From assembly GCA_032718475.1 (NCBI GenBank), contig JAUCBJ010003535.1, positions 17,126 through 81,125 of the forward strand: a DNA stretch of 64,000 nucleotides, read 5' to 3'. Position 1 is the stretch's first letter; each line of letters starts with the position of its first letter. This DNA is from Nemertoderma westbladi. Lineage: Eukaryota; Animalia; Xenacoelomorpha. This document shows positions 36,861-48,074 of this stretch, one piece after another. The position numbers and the translations under genes were made by a program. The notes below the pieces were generated by a model that did not search any database, was not told the origin of the DNA, and saw only the letters and a list, made by a program, of their open reading frames with translations.

Positions 36861-38799
36861 AAAAAAAAATGCAGACCTTTTCTCGTAAAAACTTAGCATT
36901 TTATCTCTCAGCATGACTTCCAGTTTGCATACAGTAGGTGATAACGTAAATTGTTCGTCAGTTTCTGTTTCTAAAAGCGTACAGTATAATAAAATGGAAG
37001 GTTGGTATAAATTACAGAGATAAAACCTACATTATTCAGCATTCAATTGTGTCCCAGGGCCAGCCCCAAATTGATATATATACTAGGAGAAACTCTATAA
37101 GCTCATTAGGTCCTTTGTGGGTTCTTTAGTGCGTTAGGTCCTACAGTCCTAAAGTCTGGAAGGTACCGGCACGGTACGATACCGCAAATAACATTATAAT
37201 ATACAATACAAATAATTGCAACCTGTTGACTTTCGTTTATTGTTTTGGTTAGAATAACGTGTGTTACTGCCACCTGCTCCTTTCCATAAAAGCGTAAAAG
37301 GGAGAACCGGTAAGGCATAAAGTAACTAATGTGGCAAGCGGCAGGGACCTTACAGGTCACAATCAGGGAAACTGTGCAGAGTGTAGTGGTGTACTGTGAT
37401 TCTGGTTCTCCTACCAGCCTACTGTCGATTGGCCGATGGGTGCCAACAAGTTGATATGACTTGCAAACGTGTCAACTGTCAGACTGTATTCAGGTAGACC
37501 TATCGCTATATGTTTATGTTTAATGTTTAATAGTTTAGGGTAAGAGGAAGATAAACTTATAGATACCCATCACCGACATAATTTAAGGCAATCTTTATAT
37601 AGAACCAGAACTGAAAGTAAATTAATATGTTGTATGTAATACCGGTAATAGAATAAAATATTAATAACTACTAATACTAACTACTAATAAAATATAGTAA
37701 GAAGTTGAAGAAGAGTATAAAAAAAACCTGATACGACACCAACGAAATACATGTACTCAATCCAGCGTAGGACTGTTAAAAACCGGCGATGCACAAACAA
37801 CAAACTATAATATAGGTTAAAACAAAGTAGTGTAGAATCGGTAGAACTATTGAAATTTGAATAAGGTATGTATGAATTATTAAAAACCGACTGAATTAAA
37901 ATTTAAATAAAATATGTATGAATTATGTATGAATTACTAAAAACTGACGGGGTAGGTTAGTGTGGCGCAAACAACGTACGTACCATAATTTTAAAAAAGT
38001 ATTTAAAAATATTGACAATAAATTTGTAAATAAGTAATGTTGTACAGGCTTAAAAACATGTCAATAACAAATAGTCTACATTGATACCAAATTGAATTAA
38101 AGATTTCTTACGTGCAGATCCGAATGTGAAGCGATTATTGCCTAATGGTCAATAAAAAATTAATTAATTAATTATGTATTCCTATATTATTGATACAATT
38201 AAAAATGATTTAATTAAAATATTGTAATTAAAATGTAGTATTCCTACTGTACCATAGGTTTTCATGCGTATATTTGGGCATGAAAGGGTTAAATAAATAA
38301 ATAAATTTATAGACTAGAAATTAAATATAAACCAATCAATTAAGTTATTTAATTCATTAAATTTAGAGTTACAATTATCACGCATTGAAAAATGTTTCTA
38401 GGTCCACCACGACGGATCGGTCTGTCGGTAGCTGTAGGTATTGCAGTAGTGTACAGTTAGGTACGGTATGTAGGTTAGGCCTACAGCAGTACAGCCTACA
38501 CCCGACACCTACACCAGTACTGCAGTACACTGCTACTACATACCTGTCAGCCTGTAGGCCTACCCACCTATCCCATACCCCATGTCTTGTCAGCATGTAC
38601 CGGCAACCGGTATCAGGGTATTCAATACTGCAGTACAGCAGTACCGGTACTGTAGATGTTGGATGTAGTCTCAGAAGACCACAGACTGACAGACTCATGT
38701 CAGTATGTTGGCAGCATTTTTAAAATTTTTTTCCTTTAACATTTCTCTACCAGTGTACTGAATGTCTGACCACATGGCTGTATGGTTTCCCTCAATTGG

Positions 38800-39429
38800 C
38801 AGTCGGCCCAGTCGGGAAGAAGTAGTCCCCACTATTTTCAACTGAGTTGAAATTTCAACTTTATTTTTTAAATTCAACTTTTTATTACGGTAAAATTCAA
38901 CTTTTGGCTGTTTGGAGTAGCGGTACGGACTTGTACGGTCAGACTGTCAGACGGTATAGTTTAAAATTCAATTTTTTTTTTAAAATTCAACTTTTGGTGT
39001 AGCTTTGGAAATACTGAAATATGGAATTGGAATCCATTACTGGCTGACTGGTATTCCATTGTATAATAATTATGGCATACCGGTACAGCGGTAATTTCAT
39101 AGGGCCTACATCTAATAAATTCCCGTACAGCCGTAGTATTTCAGCTAATTTGCAAATGTAATCACTTAAAATGTTTTAAAAAAGTATTCCCGACGGTGAA
39201 AGTTTTTATTCCATCCACCATCGGTAATGAGGGTTAATTTTTCGAATTACATCCATAAAAACACCCCTTCTGTGACGTCTTGCTGTCTTGGCAGCTTGGG
39301 GCCTTGCCTTTCTGCGCCACCTGCCATTTTAGAGTTGAATTTACAACTTAAAAGTTGAATTACCGGTACATTTTAAGTTTTAAATTTCAACTCAGTCTGT
39401 CAGTTGAAATTTGAACTTCTCCCCGACTG
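38800..39429. mobile_element. MITE with CAGT termini and 5-bp TSD
   Basis: cagtcgg(cc)cagtcgggaagaagt and acttctccccgactg, TSD attgg, internal aattcaact/agttgaatt repeats. Confidence 0.8.
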
Positions 39430-40076
39430 ATTGGTATAAAGTGATCGTTTAGGCCTAGGCCTATTGTTTTATTAGAAAAGCCCGTCTTTTTCTGTCTGTA
39501 ACCTGCTCCTTTCCCTCAATTTGTAAAGTGGCCATTTATTGTTTTGGTTATTGGTAATGTGATCGTGTATTGTTTTGGTTAGAAAAGCCCGCCTCTGTCA
39601 GTCAGGGAGATCATCAATTTTGGGGTTACCCCAAATTTCGAATTCTGGTAATACTGTAATAGACTGTCGAAAATTGGGGTTTTTTGTTCAAATTTGAGGT
39701 ATTTTTAGGCTCATAATATCGAGTGTTGCTGCGACTTAGGGAAACTGTTGGAGCAACTTCTACTTTTAATATGTTAAAATATAATGTAAAATAAGAACTT
39801 TTATCGATGCAATAAAATATTTCACCGATGCAAACATGCTTTAATTGGGGGCGAAAATTGAAATTTGAGGTTAAACCTCAAATTTGAGACAAAACCTCAA
39901 ATTTCGCCAGCCTTTACAACATCACCAGCCTGTCAGCAGTAGGGTGTAGCAGTAGGCTTTGCTGCTTAGTGCTTAAATAGAGCTTGGTGAGAATGGGTGA
40001 CCAGTGTAACCTGTGACCTGACATGTATGCAGGGCAGGCTTAACCTTACAGACAGCACAGTAACTTACAGTCAATA

Positions 40077-41239
40077 CAGTAAGGGAAAATACCCCGAATC
40101 GGGGTATATACAGCTATATACACCGAATCGGTGTCATAGTAGAAAATAATGACACCGATTCGAGATTTTCAGTAGAAAGTTATACCCCGAATCGGTGTTC
40201 TTCTAGAAAATCTCCAGGCAGTGGAAAAATTAGGTATACCCCGAATCGGGGTATAGGAGTTATTTACGCCCCTCCAGAAAAATGATGTTTCACTCATGCG
40301 ATGCCAGACTGGAATTCATAGTGCTGTAGTGCGGAAATTACCTTTTTTTTGTGCAGTACAATAGGCCTACTGTTTCATAATATAAATGTGGTAACTATTG
40401 ATAGATATAGCTGTATAGGGCCTACTACTGAAGTGCGGGACGTCCTGTATAGGCCCCCTTCTAGGCCTATACTGTACATTTACATTATTATTATTGCAGT
40501 GTTATTTGTCTATCAACTGATTTATAAATATGGATATGATAACAAAAAGTATGTATTTTAATCAACACGGAGTACCAGTCATAGTCAGTTAGTACCAGTA
40601 CAGTAAATTCCATAATTAACAAACAATTTACGTCTAATAAACAAACAATAATATAATAGGAAATCACCAAATATACTCGCATCGCAATTATTCGCAAATA
40701 TATTAAATATTTTAATTAATTTGTTCGTTTATATAACACTAATACTAATTAGAATATGAATTACATCACGATAATCCATTAAAAAATATAAAAAATGACA
40801 AGAAAATATACACCGAATCGGTGTCAGAGTGGAAAAAAAGAGCCGATTCGGTGTATTTTCGAGAAAATTGAATTCCTGAATCGGTGTACTAGAAAATACT
40901 GACCCCGAATCGGTGCTTCTGCAGGCTGTAGTAATATATCGTAAGCCCCCATTCGGGGTACAGGGAGTCCTGGATACCCTGATTCGGGGTATAATTTGCA
41001 TTAGATTTTCCGGTACAATATCGAAGCCGGAAGATTTCATTATTACTTCAAAGTTTTCTTATTTGTAGTACACACCAATGTGTATTCGAATATGTTAAAA
41101 CGAAATTGCGGAATTAAAATCTTCATATGCGGAAATGAAGGAGAAAAAATGTCTATGGGAGAACCCCGAATCGGGGTATCATGAAACCCCGAATGGGGGT
41201 TTGCTTCTATACCCCGATTCGGGGTATTTTCCCTTACTG
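40077..41239. mobile_element. MITE with CAGT termini and 5-bp TSD
   Basis: Perfect TIR cagtaagggaaaataccccgaatcggggtata, TSD caata, and many palindromic ccgaatcgg motifs. Confidence 0.92.
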
Positions 41240-42174
41240 CAATAACTTTAATGATTGTTAACTCCGTTAGTGATTGGTGAGAAAAATGCAGAAGACTAGA
41301 TAAATTCGCTATCCTTACAGCCTTACTGTTGGTAAGAAGAACAGTAGACCAAATCTTCACTGTTGCGAGATTCAAGCTCACACAGCTGCACAGCACAGTC
41401 ACAGACTCAGGAAGACCTACGATATCTTGTAGATGTTGAATCAATTCCAGAATTTGGAAGTTTACATATTCTGGCATTCATCTGTTCTGTTCATCATTCA
41501 TATCACACATCTTCAGAAAAAAATATGTTTTCTGGCTGTTGGTGTCCTCTTTAAAACTTTGTATATCAAATGAAGCCATTCCTCTCCTGATAGCCTGAAG
41601 ACTTATGTAATATTCGCCTGCCCTAGCTCTATCTGTCAATTGGAATACTGTACCATCAGTTTGGAGCCCATTTCTAGACAAATGTTGCAGCAAAGGTTGA
41701 CAGGTTGACGTGGTTTATACAATATATGTGGACTTGATTCTTTTGTTAGTTATTCTATATGACTGGCAACTGGAGAGTGGAGACTCTAAAGTTGGAACCT
41801 TATGAAGCAAAGGCCAAGCCCCGCCCATCTGCCCATGTCTGCATGTTCCATACATCACCTCTTCTTTATCAGGGTCATTAACATATGGAACATGCTGGAC
41901 CCTGGACCTGGAACACAGTAGAAACATCATCATCTCATCACTAATCGCTAGTCTTTTAAACAGTCTTTAGACTCTGCTTTCTTATCAAGACATCTGAAAT
42001 GTTTTAGAAATCTAAGTGACTGTTTGTTTAAAGGCCTACTATACATACTTACATCCTTTTAAATTGCCCTTATGTGGAACCAGAATCATTTATAACTTGG
42101 GCAAAAAGTATAACCTTTTTCACTAATCTATTCTCGAGGCTTTATCTCATTTCTGGAGTACACCTTGCAGGCAC

Positions 42175-43897
42175 CCAGGTTGGAATTCATGCATGAGCGC
42201 GCAGGTACGCTTTGTTGTTTTGAAATCACCGCGCACCTGAAATTGGCTCGTCGCGCACCTCATCATATGTCATAATCCAAACAAAATCGCGCAGCTCATG
42301 TCATGCATATCTCAAAAAATCGCACATTTCATAAGAACAATTTTACATTCCTATTTTACAAGTTTGAGCGTTTTAAGCTTATCTTTACGTCTGTCTGTCT
42401 GTACGTTGAATCTAGGCTTACATAATAAATGTAATTTTTGCAACATTGTTAATATTAAAAAATATTTTTTTAATCCACTACTATCTGACTATGGTGGCCC
42501 ATCGGGCTCACTGCTTTTATAACAGAAAATATTATTTTAGATCACAAACAAAACATGTACCGGTAATTTCAAAAAAACGAATATTGAAATAGGTACCAGT
42601 CTGCCAATAATACTTTGTATAGGCCTACCTAACAATTAGGCTTAAACATACAGTTGGCTTATAATTAAGTCATACTTATAATACATTGTTACTTTCTGAC
42701 TTTACCTGTTTACTAACGTAACATCGGCATAGCATAGACCTAATAACAATACAACAATAGAGTACTGTAGTTAAAATAAATTAGGGCTCGATCGGAGTTG
42801 GGATTTGGCCGGAGCCGGAGCAGGAGCCGGAGTTGGACAATTTGGCCGGAGCCGGAGCAGGAGCCGGAGTTTTTCAAAAATTTTAAAAATCAAAAATTTT
42901 CAAAAATTTATTTAAAAAAAAAATAAAGTATGGTTATCGTTCGCCAATCGCTCATAATCAATCATACTGTAGGTCTAATTAATTTCATAATTTATAGATT
43001 TACGAATTTTCAATTTAAGTAATTAATTTATCACGGACAGACGGCCTGACGCTGACGGCCTGATGTTGACGGCGATGGCCTGACGCTGACGGCTAAAAAT
43101 TACCTACAGTACCTAACTCGCTAACTGTCTAACTGTTGTAGAGGTGTGTACTGTAGGTAGCCTACCGTACGTGTACCAGTACTGCAGTACAGTATGCTGG
43201 CATGACAGCAGTAAATGGCTGCAGTGGTACAGTCTGACAGTGTACAATCATAGCATTTACAATTTTTTAAAGTAGGGCCTATCTGTAACAGTCTGCTAGT
43301 CAGCCAGCTGGCCAGTACCAGTACTGCAGTACAGTCAGTCAGTCATTGACTTTAAGTAAATACTGCAGTATTATCAGATTATACTTGAGATTGAAGCTGT
43401 ACTACAGTACTTCTGTACTTATAGTGTTAAATAATTGTTCAGATTAGAATATGCACGAAATATAATACTTTATTAAAAAATTAACTCCGGCAATATTTTT
43501 GCCGGAGCCGGAGCAGGAGCCGGAGGTGCCAAAATGGCCGGAGCCGGAGCCGGAGGCCGGAGCTCCGATCGAGCCCTAAAATAAATAGACAAATTCAGCT
43601 CCGGTTGCCGGTATTACAGTATTACTGTATTATGGTGAAGTGATTTGACATAGACTGTTTGAAGAATTGGAAATGAGAAACTAATGCGAGCGTAGCGAGC
43701 GAAATTTTTTTGTGTATTTTCGTGATTTCAATTAATTTGTGGTGCGCATCAGAGGCAGAGCTGCGCGCTGAGGCGCAACGCGCACCTGTCTCACACCCGA
43801 ACGCGCACCTGTCTCACCCAAACGCGCAACGCGCATCTGGTTTGCGGTCATTCGCGCAGGTACGCGTCCGAGTTTTGCAGCATGAATTCCAACCTGG
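42175..43897. mobile_element. Non-autonomous hAT-like element
   Basis: TIR ccaggttggaattcatgc and 8-bp TSD gcaggcac. Confidence 0.9.
42782..43578. mobile_element. Non-autonomous hAT element nested in the previous one
   Basis: TIR tagggctcgatcggag, 8-bp TSD aaataaat, subterminal (gccgga)n. Confidence 0.92.
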
Positions 43898-44020
43898 GCA
43901 GGCACTAAAGTTGCATTGCAATAATCGATAGTGTGTAGGGATGGATTTCGCTCAAATTTCGATCAAAAATTTTGATCAACACTTTCAATGAAATTTTAGA
44001 AATTCCACCCAAAATATTTT

Positions 44021-44292
44021 GGCACTTGTGTCAAATCAAATAGGTGACCCTCCTAATCTGCTAATCCTGAAATCACCAGCTAATGCTGAAATTTAGTGCA
44101 GGTGATATCAATATTCCTAACACTTGTTTATTGTTTTTTGGTTACTTTCAACTCACCTCTGTAACCTGCTCCTTTGACCTTTGCTAACCCTGTAACCGGG
44201 CACTAGTGAAAGTGACTTTAGTTTTGGTGATTTAAGGATTAGCAGAATAGGAGCTAGGAGGGTCCCCTACAGCCCTATTTGACACAAGTGCC
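44021..44292. mobile_element. MITE, Merlin-like
   Basis: TIR ggcacttgtgtcaaat with imperfect extension; 8-bp flanks aatatttt and aatgtttt (one mismatch). Confidence 0.65.
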
Positions 44293-45346
44293 AATGTTTT
44301 ATTGTACTTTTTTTACCGGGAGAAAAAGTAAAATCAATGCATAATTATGGCTCTATGGTACATTATTATGTGGCAATATTATTGCAGGTTGTTGCTGTGT
44401 TGCCGACGTTGCAAAAGCTTTGCCCAACAAAAAGTTACAATATTCAGATATTATGGGGATAACTTTTTCCCTACAAGTAGGGAAAAAAAGTAGGCCTACT
44501 ACTTTTTCTCCCGATTTTAGGGCATATTCAAGCAAAAAAGTAACAATATAAAAATATAAGTTCTTTAACTGTTTAAGCTCTGTAGGTACTTCGTTTTATA
44601 TGTCTACCATCTGATTAGCCGCCCCACTGCACCCCTACCAGTAGCCTTTTTAAATATAAGCCTTTTTAAACTACCGGTAATACTGAATATGTTTTAAATG
44701 TTATATTTCACAACACTCAGACACTACCCTAGCCCTAGGCCTACATCAGTTTATTTTTTTACCTTTGCAATACAGTAACAAGCTAACAACTACTGAACTA
44801 GGCCAACTATGGCTTCTGTCTGTATCTGACTTGGACTATGCTGCTATGAATTTCAAATTTGGGGTAAAACTCAAATTTAGAGAATTAACCTAACCTTGTA
44901 TTAAATTTGAGGTAATTCCAAAATTGGGTCTATAATTTGAAATTTGAGGTATTCTCAAATTTGATGATCTCCCTGACTGTCTGTAACCTCGTAACCTGCT
45001 CCTTTCCCTCAATTTGTATAGTGGCCGTTTATTGTTTTGATTAGCAAAGCCTGCCAGCCTGCCTACTGGCCTACCAGCCTACAGGCCTATGTAACCTGCT
45101 TCTGCTTTGTACAGTTGTACCCTATGCGCTATGCCCTAGGCAGGCCCTAGTTTACCGGTCTGCCGGCCCCGGCACCACGCCACCACGGCCACCACGTTAA
45201 CGGCGTTATAGCGTTACAGCTTACGCTTACACTGTTACAGGCTTAGCCTGCTACTACTGTACTACCTGACTACAGCCCTGACACCTAACAGTCTGACAGT
45301 GGTTAAGGTGCGTTAGGTCCTGGCGCCAGGGCGCTTTAGGTCCTGG

Positions 45347-45450
45347 CAGTCGGTGAGAAGTCAAAAATTGGACTTTAGTCCAAAATTGGACTTCGACTCC
45401 AGTTCAAGTCCAAAATTGGACTTCTGTGAGTCCAATATTGGACTTCAAAT
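45347..45450. mobile_element. Solo terminus of another CAGT-type element
   Basis: cagtcggtgagaagt followed by palindromic agtccaaaattggact repeats; no partner end found. Confidence 0.55.
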
Positions 45451-45659
45451 CAGCTAATTGTTCCAGGGCCTTGGCCTTAGGTACGTGATAGGCTGATAGG
45501 GTAGACCTACGGTAGAGCATATCAGATGTATTTCATTAGGCTAGCGCTAGACTGCTAGGCGTATTTTCTGTTGCAGTGTAGTTGGGATCATTCCAATATT
45601 TATGAAGATATTTACTGGTACTTTATACTGTTAGGCTATAATAATTTATTTCACCATAG

Positions 45660-46131
45660 GACGAACGGACTTTCATAAAACCGCCACCCATCGCCCCTCT
45701 CCGACGTAAAATACCTGCGTTTGTGGCGACGCGTCGCCCGCATGGGTTTCCCGGAGATACGCGCCGTAATATTATGGATTCAGCGGAGGAGGCGATAGAT
45801 GAACAAACCGGGACGACCGCAGCGAGGCAACGAGGTGCGAAACGGTTGCGGTACATAGTAGAGTCGGATAGCGAAGAGGGGGTGGTGAGCGATGTGGAGG
45901 GAGATTGGACTGAAGGAGAGGAGGAGATATCGGTATCGAGCAATGACGACTCTAATAGCGAGATGGATCAAATAAGACTTCCTCGGAGGGATGTGAGTAG
46001 ATTCGATCAGCCCCTTAGTGTGGACGTGGACCAATGTACCGTTGTTCTAGAACGGATAAACACACCGGAGACAGTGAAGAGGGGTGCTACCTCACACCAA
46101 TCCTCTTTGAAAGGGAGCAATAGGAATTTCG
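45660..46131 (+). CDS. ZMYND11-like gene exon (acidic, disordered)
   Basis: catag acceptor, open frame, G|gttagt donor, phase 0 to 1. Confidence 0.8.
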
Positions 46132-46245
46132 GTTAGTTGTTGTTTTATATTTAGGCCTAATATTAAAGTGTTACCTATTAGTTTAGTTGCCATTTGATTG
46201 GGTACCAAAATTTAATTACCGGTACTTTATTTAATATTTTCTTAG

Positions 46246-47288
46246 GTAAATCTCGAAGCGATCTGAGATGGAAGAAACTTCGACGAACTCCGGAATCCGA
46301 CGATTATACGGAGGAGAGCGGGAGTGGTTACTACGGGTCGCCCAGTGACAGTTCTGGTCGCGATAGTAACACCGACTCTACCGAAATCGGGATCGCTATA
46401 GGGCCAAACATCGCGATAAAACGACCACCGACGGCCTGGCTGGAAGCCAACCAGTCGTCCATAGCAACGGTCGGTCAAGTCACAGAAACTCGGAGTACCA
46501 ACTCCGGAGTCGCTCGCATTAAAACTGTTACTCATACCGGAAGTAATGTTACTCATACCGGAAGTAATGTTACTCATACCGGAAGTAATGTTACTCATAC
46601 GGGAAGTAATGTTACTCCTACCGGAAGTAATGTTACTCATACCGGAAGTAATGTTACTCATACTGGAAGTAAGGTTACTCATAACAGAAGTAATGTTACT
46701 CATACCGGAAGTAATGTTACTCATACCGGAAGTAATGTTACTCATACCGGAAGTAAGGTTACTCATAACGGAAGTAATGTTTCTCATACCGGAAGTAATG
46801 TTACTCATGCCGGAAGTAAGGTCACTCATACCGGAATTAATGTTCCGCGTACCGGAAGTCGTGAGTCCCTGCTCGTCAGTCGGTCGCCGTACCCGGATAG
46901 GACTGGTAGCGACTGCTCAGTGGCTCAACTGGGACTCCCGTTGGTTCACCTACAGTGCTGCGTCAGTGAGCCGAGCGGCTCGGGCCACCAATCGAGGGCG
47001 ACGCCCAGTAGATACAACAACTACTCGTCCGATAATGCGAGTGCGATTAGTGGATCGCCCCAAGCGGTACCCGTAAATAATAAACGCGTTAACCCGTCCC
47101 ACACTAAACGTGTGAGCTCGACTCACACTAAACGTGCGAACTCGAGTTCTTCCCACACTAACCGAGGTCTTCCATCGCACAATCGAAACACTTCGCCTGT
47201 AGGAAGTGCGCTAACCACCGCTCCCAACTCAGAAACAATCCGTAATGGCCTCCTCACTCCCCCAATAACCCCCGACACACAATTCGAG
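46246..47288 (+). CDS. ZMYND11-like gene exon, Ser/Thr-rich, with (VTHTGSN)n
   Basis: ttcttag acceptor, GAG|gtaatt donor, phase 1 to 0, uninterrupted frame. Confidence 0.8.
46527..46860 (+). repeat. Coding 21-bp minisatellite, about 16 units
   Basis: Unit gttactcataccggaagtaat, in frame. Confidence 0.95.
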
Positions 47289-47719
47289 GTAATTATAATC
47301 GAAATACTATGAATCTGTTGATTTTCTCTAATCTTTCTTTACTCCTGGCCACTGTACTATTCCGTGGTGTTCTACCCTTTAATTATCAGCTCGAAACATT
47401 GAAGTCTGTTAGTGTTTTAGCTAATTGTCGGGGTTAAATAACACAAATTTACCTTATCACATCTAATACCTTTTGCAGTATATATAAGGCGTCGTTGACA
47501 AAGAAACACGTTTTGCTAATTTTTCTTGAGAATCGGCCATCGTGTTCTCAATAAATCCAATCAGACTAACAGTAAATTTAAAACTGAAAGTAAACATAGA
47601 CTCGCAGTTCCCCTTATACTAAACAGTTTCGAACTATAGTTCTAGTTATTGTTATATATTATTTTACTTGTTCAGTAAAGTTGTCCTCTAGTCTCTAATT
47701 ATTTATTTTTTATTTGTAG

Positions 47720-47761
47720 ACTGGCACGGGGAACTTTGAGACTAAAGGACATTCGCTCCAG
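47720..47761 (+). CDS. ZMYND11-like gene 42-nt exon (TGTGNFETKGHSLQ)
   Basis: tttgtag acceptor, CAG|gtaaac donor, phase 0 to 0. Confidence 0.75.
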
Positions 47762-47923
47762 GTAAACTAATAACTATATCCAATAAAGTATTTTATATCA
47801 CTGTAACTTAGTTTCATTGTTGTACTGTAACGTACTATAATAATATATTTATTTAACAAGATTGAAACTAATAAATTATATTGAGTAGAATAATTAATTC
47901 CAAACAAACATTTTATCTCACAG

Positions 47924-48074
47924 CGCCGTTCAACAAACACAATCGTAGTTTGGTACCTTTGGGCCGGAGTCCGTGAGATTCGAAAGGGAAAGAAATGCGC
48001 AACGTTGTCGCGATTAGTCGGCTACATGTTGAAGAATGTTGAGTCAACAAAACGTGAAGTTATTGCCAATATCA
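47924..48074 (+). CDS. ZMYND11: ZMYND11-like exon, N-terminal winged-helix domain
   Basis: RRSTNTIVVWYLWAGVREIRKGKKCATLSRLVGYMLKN resembles the ZMYND11 N-terminus ([35 protein letters not shown]). Phase-1 donor A|gtaagt. Confidence 0.88.

Larger units (their letters stand above)
39599..44979. mobile_element. Non-autonomous DNA transposon with CAGT termini and 5-bp TSD; hosts four nested elements
   Basis: TIRs cagtcagggagatcatcaa and ttgatgatctccctgactg, TSD tctgt, subterminal aaatttgagg repeats at both ends. Confidence 0.85.
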
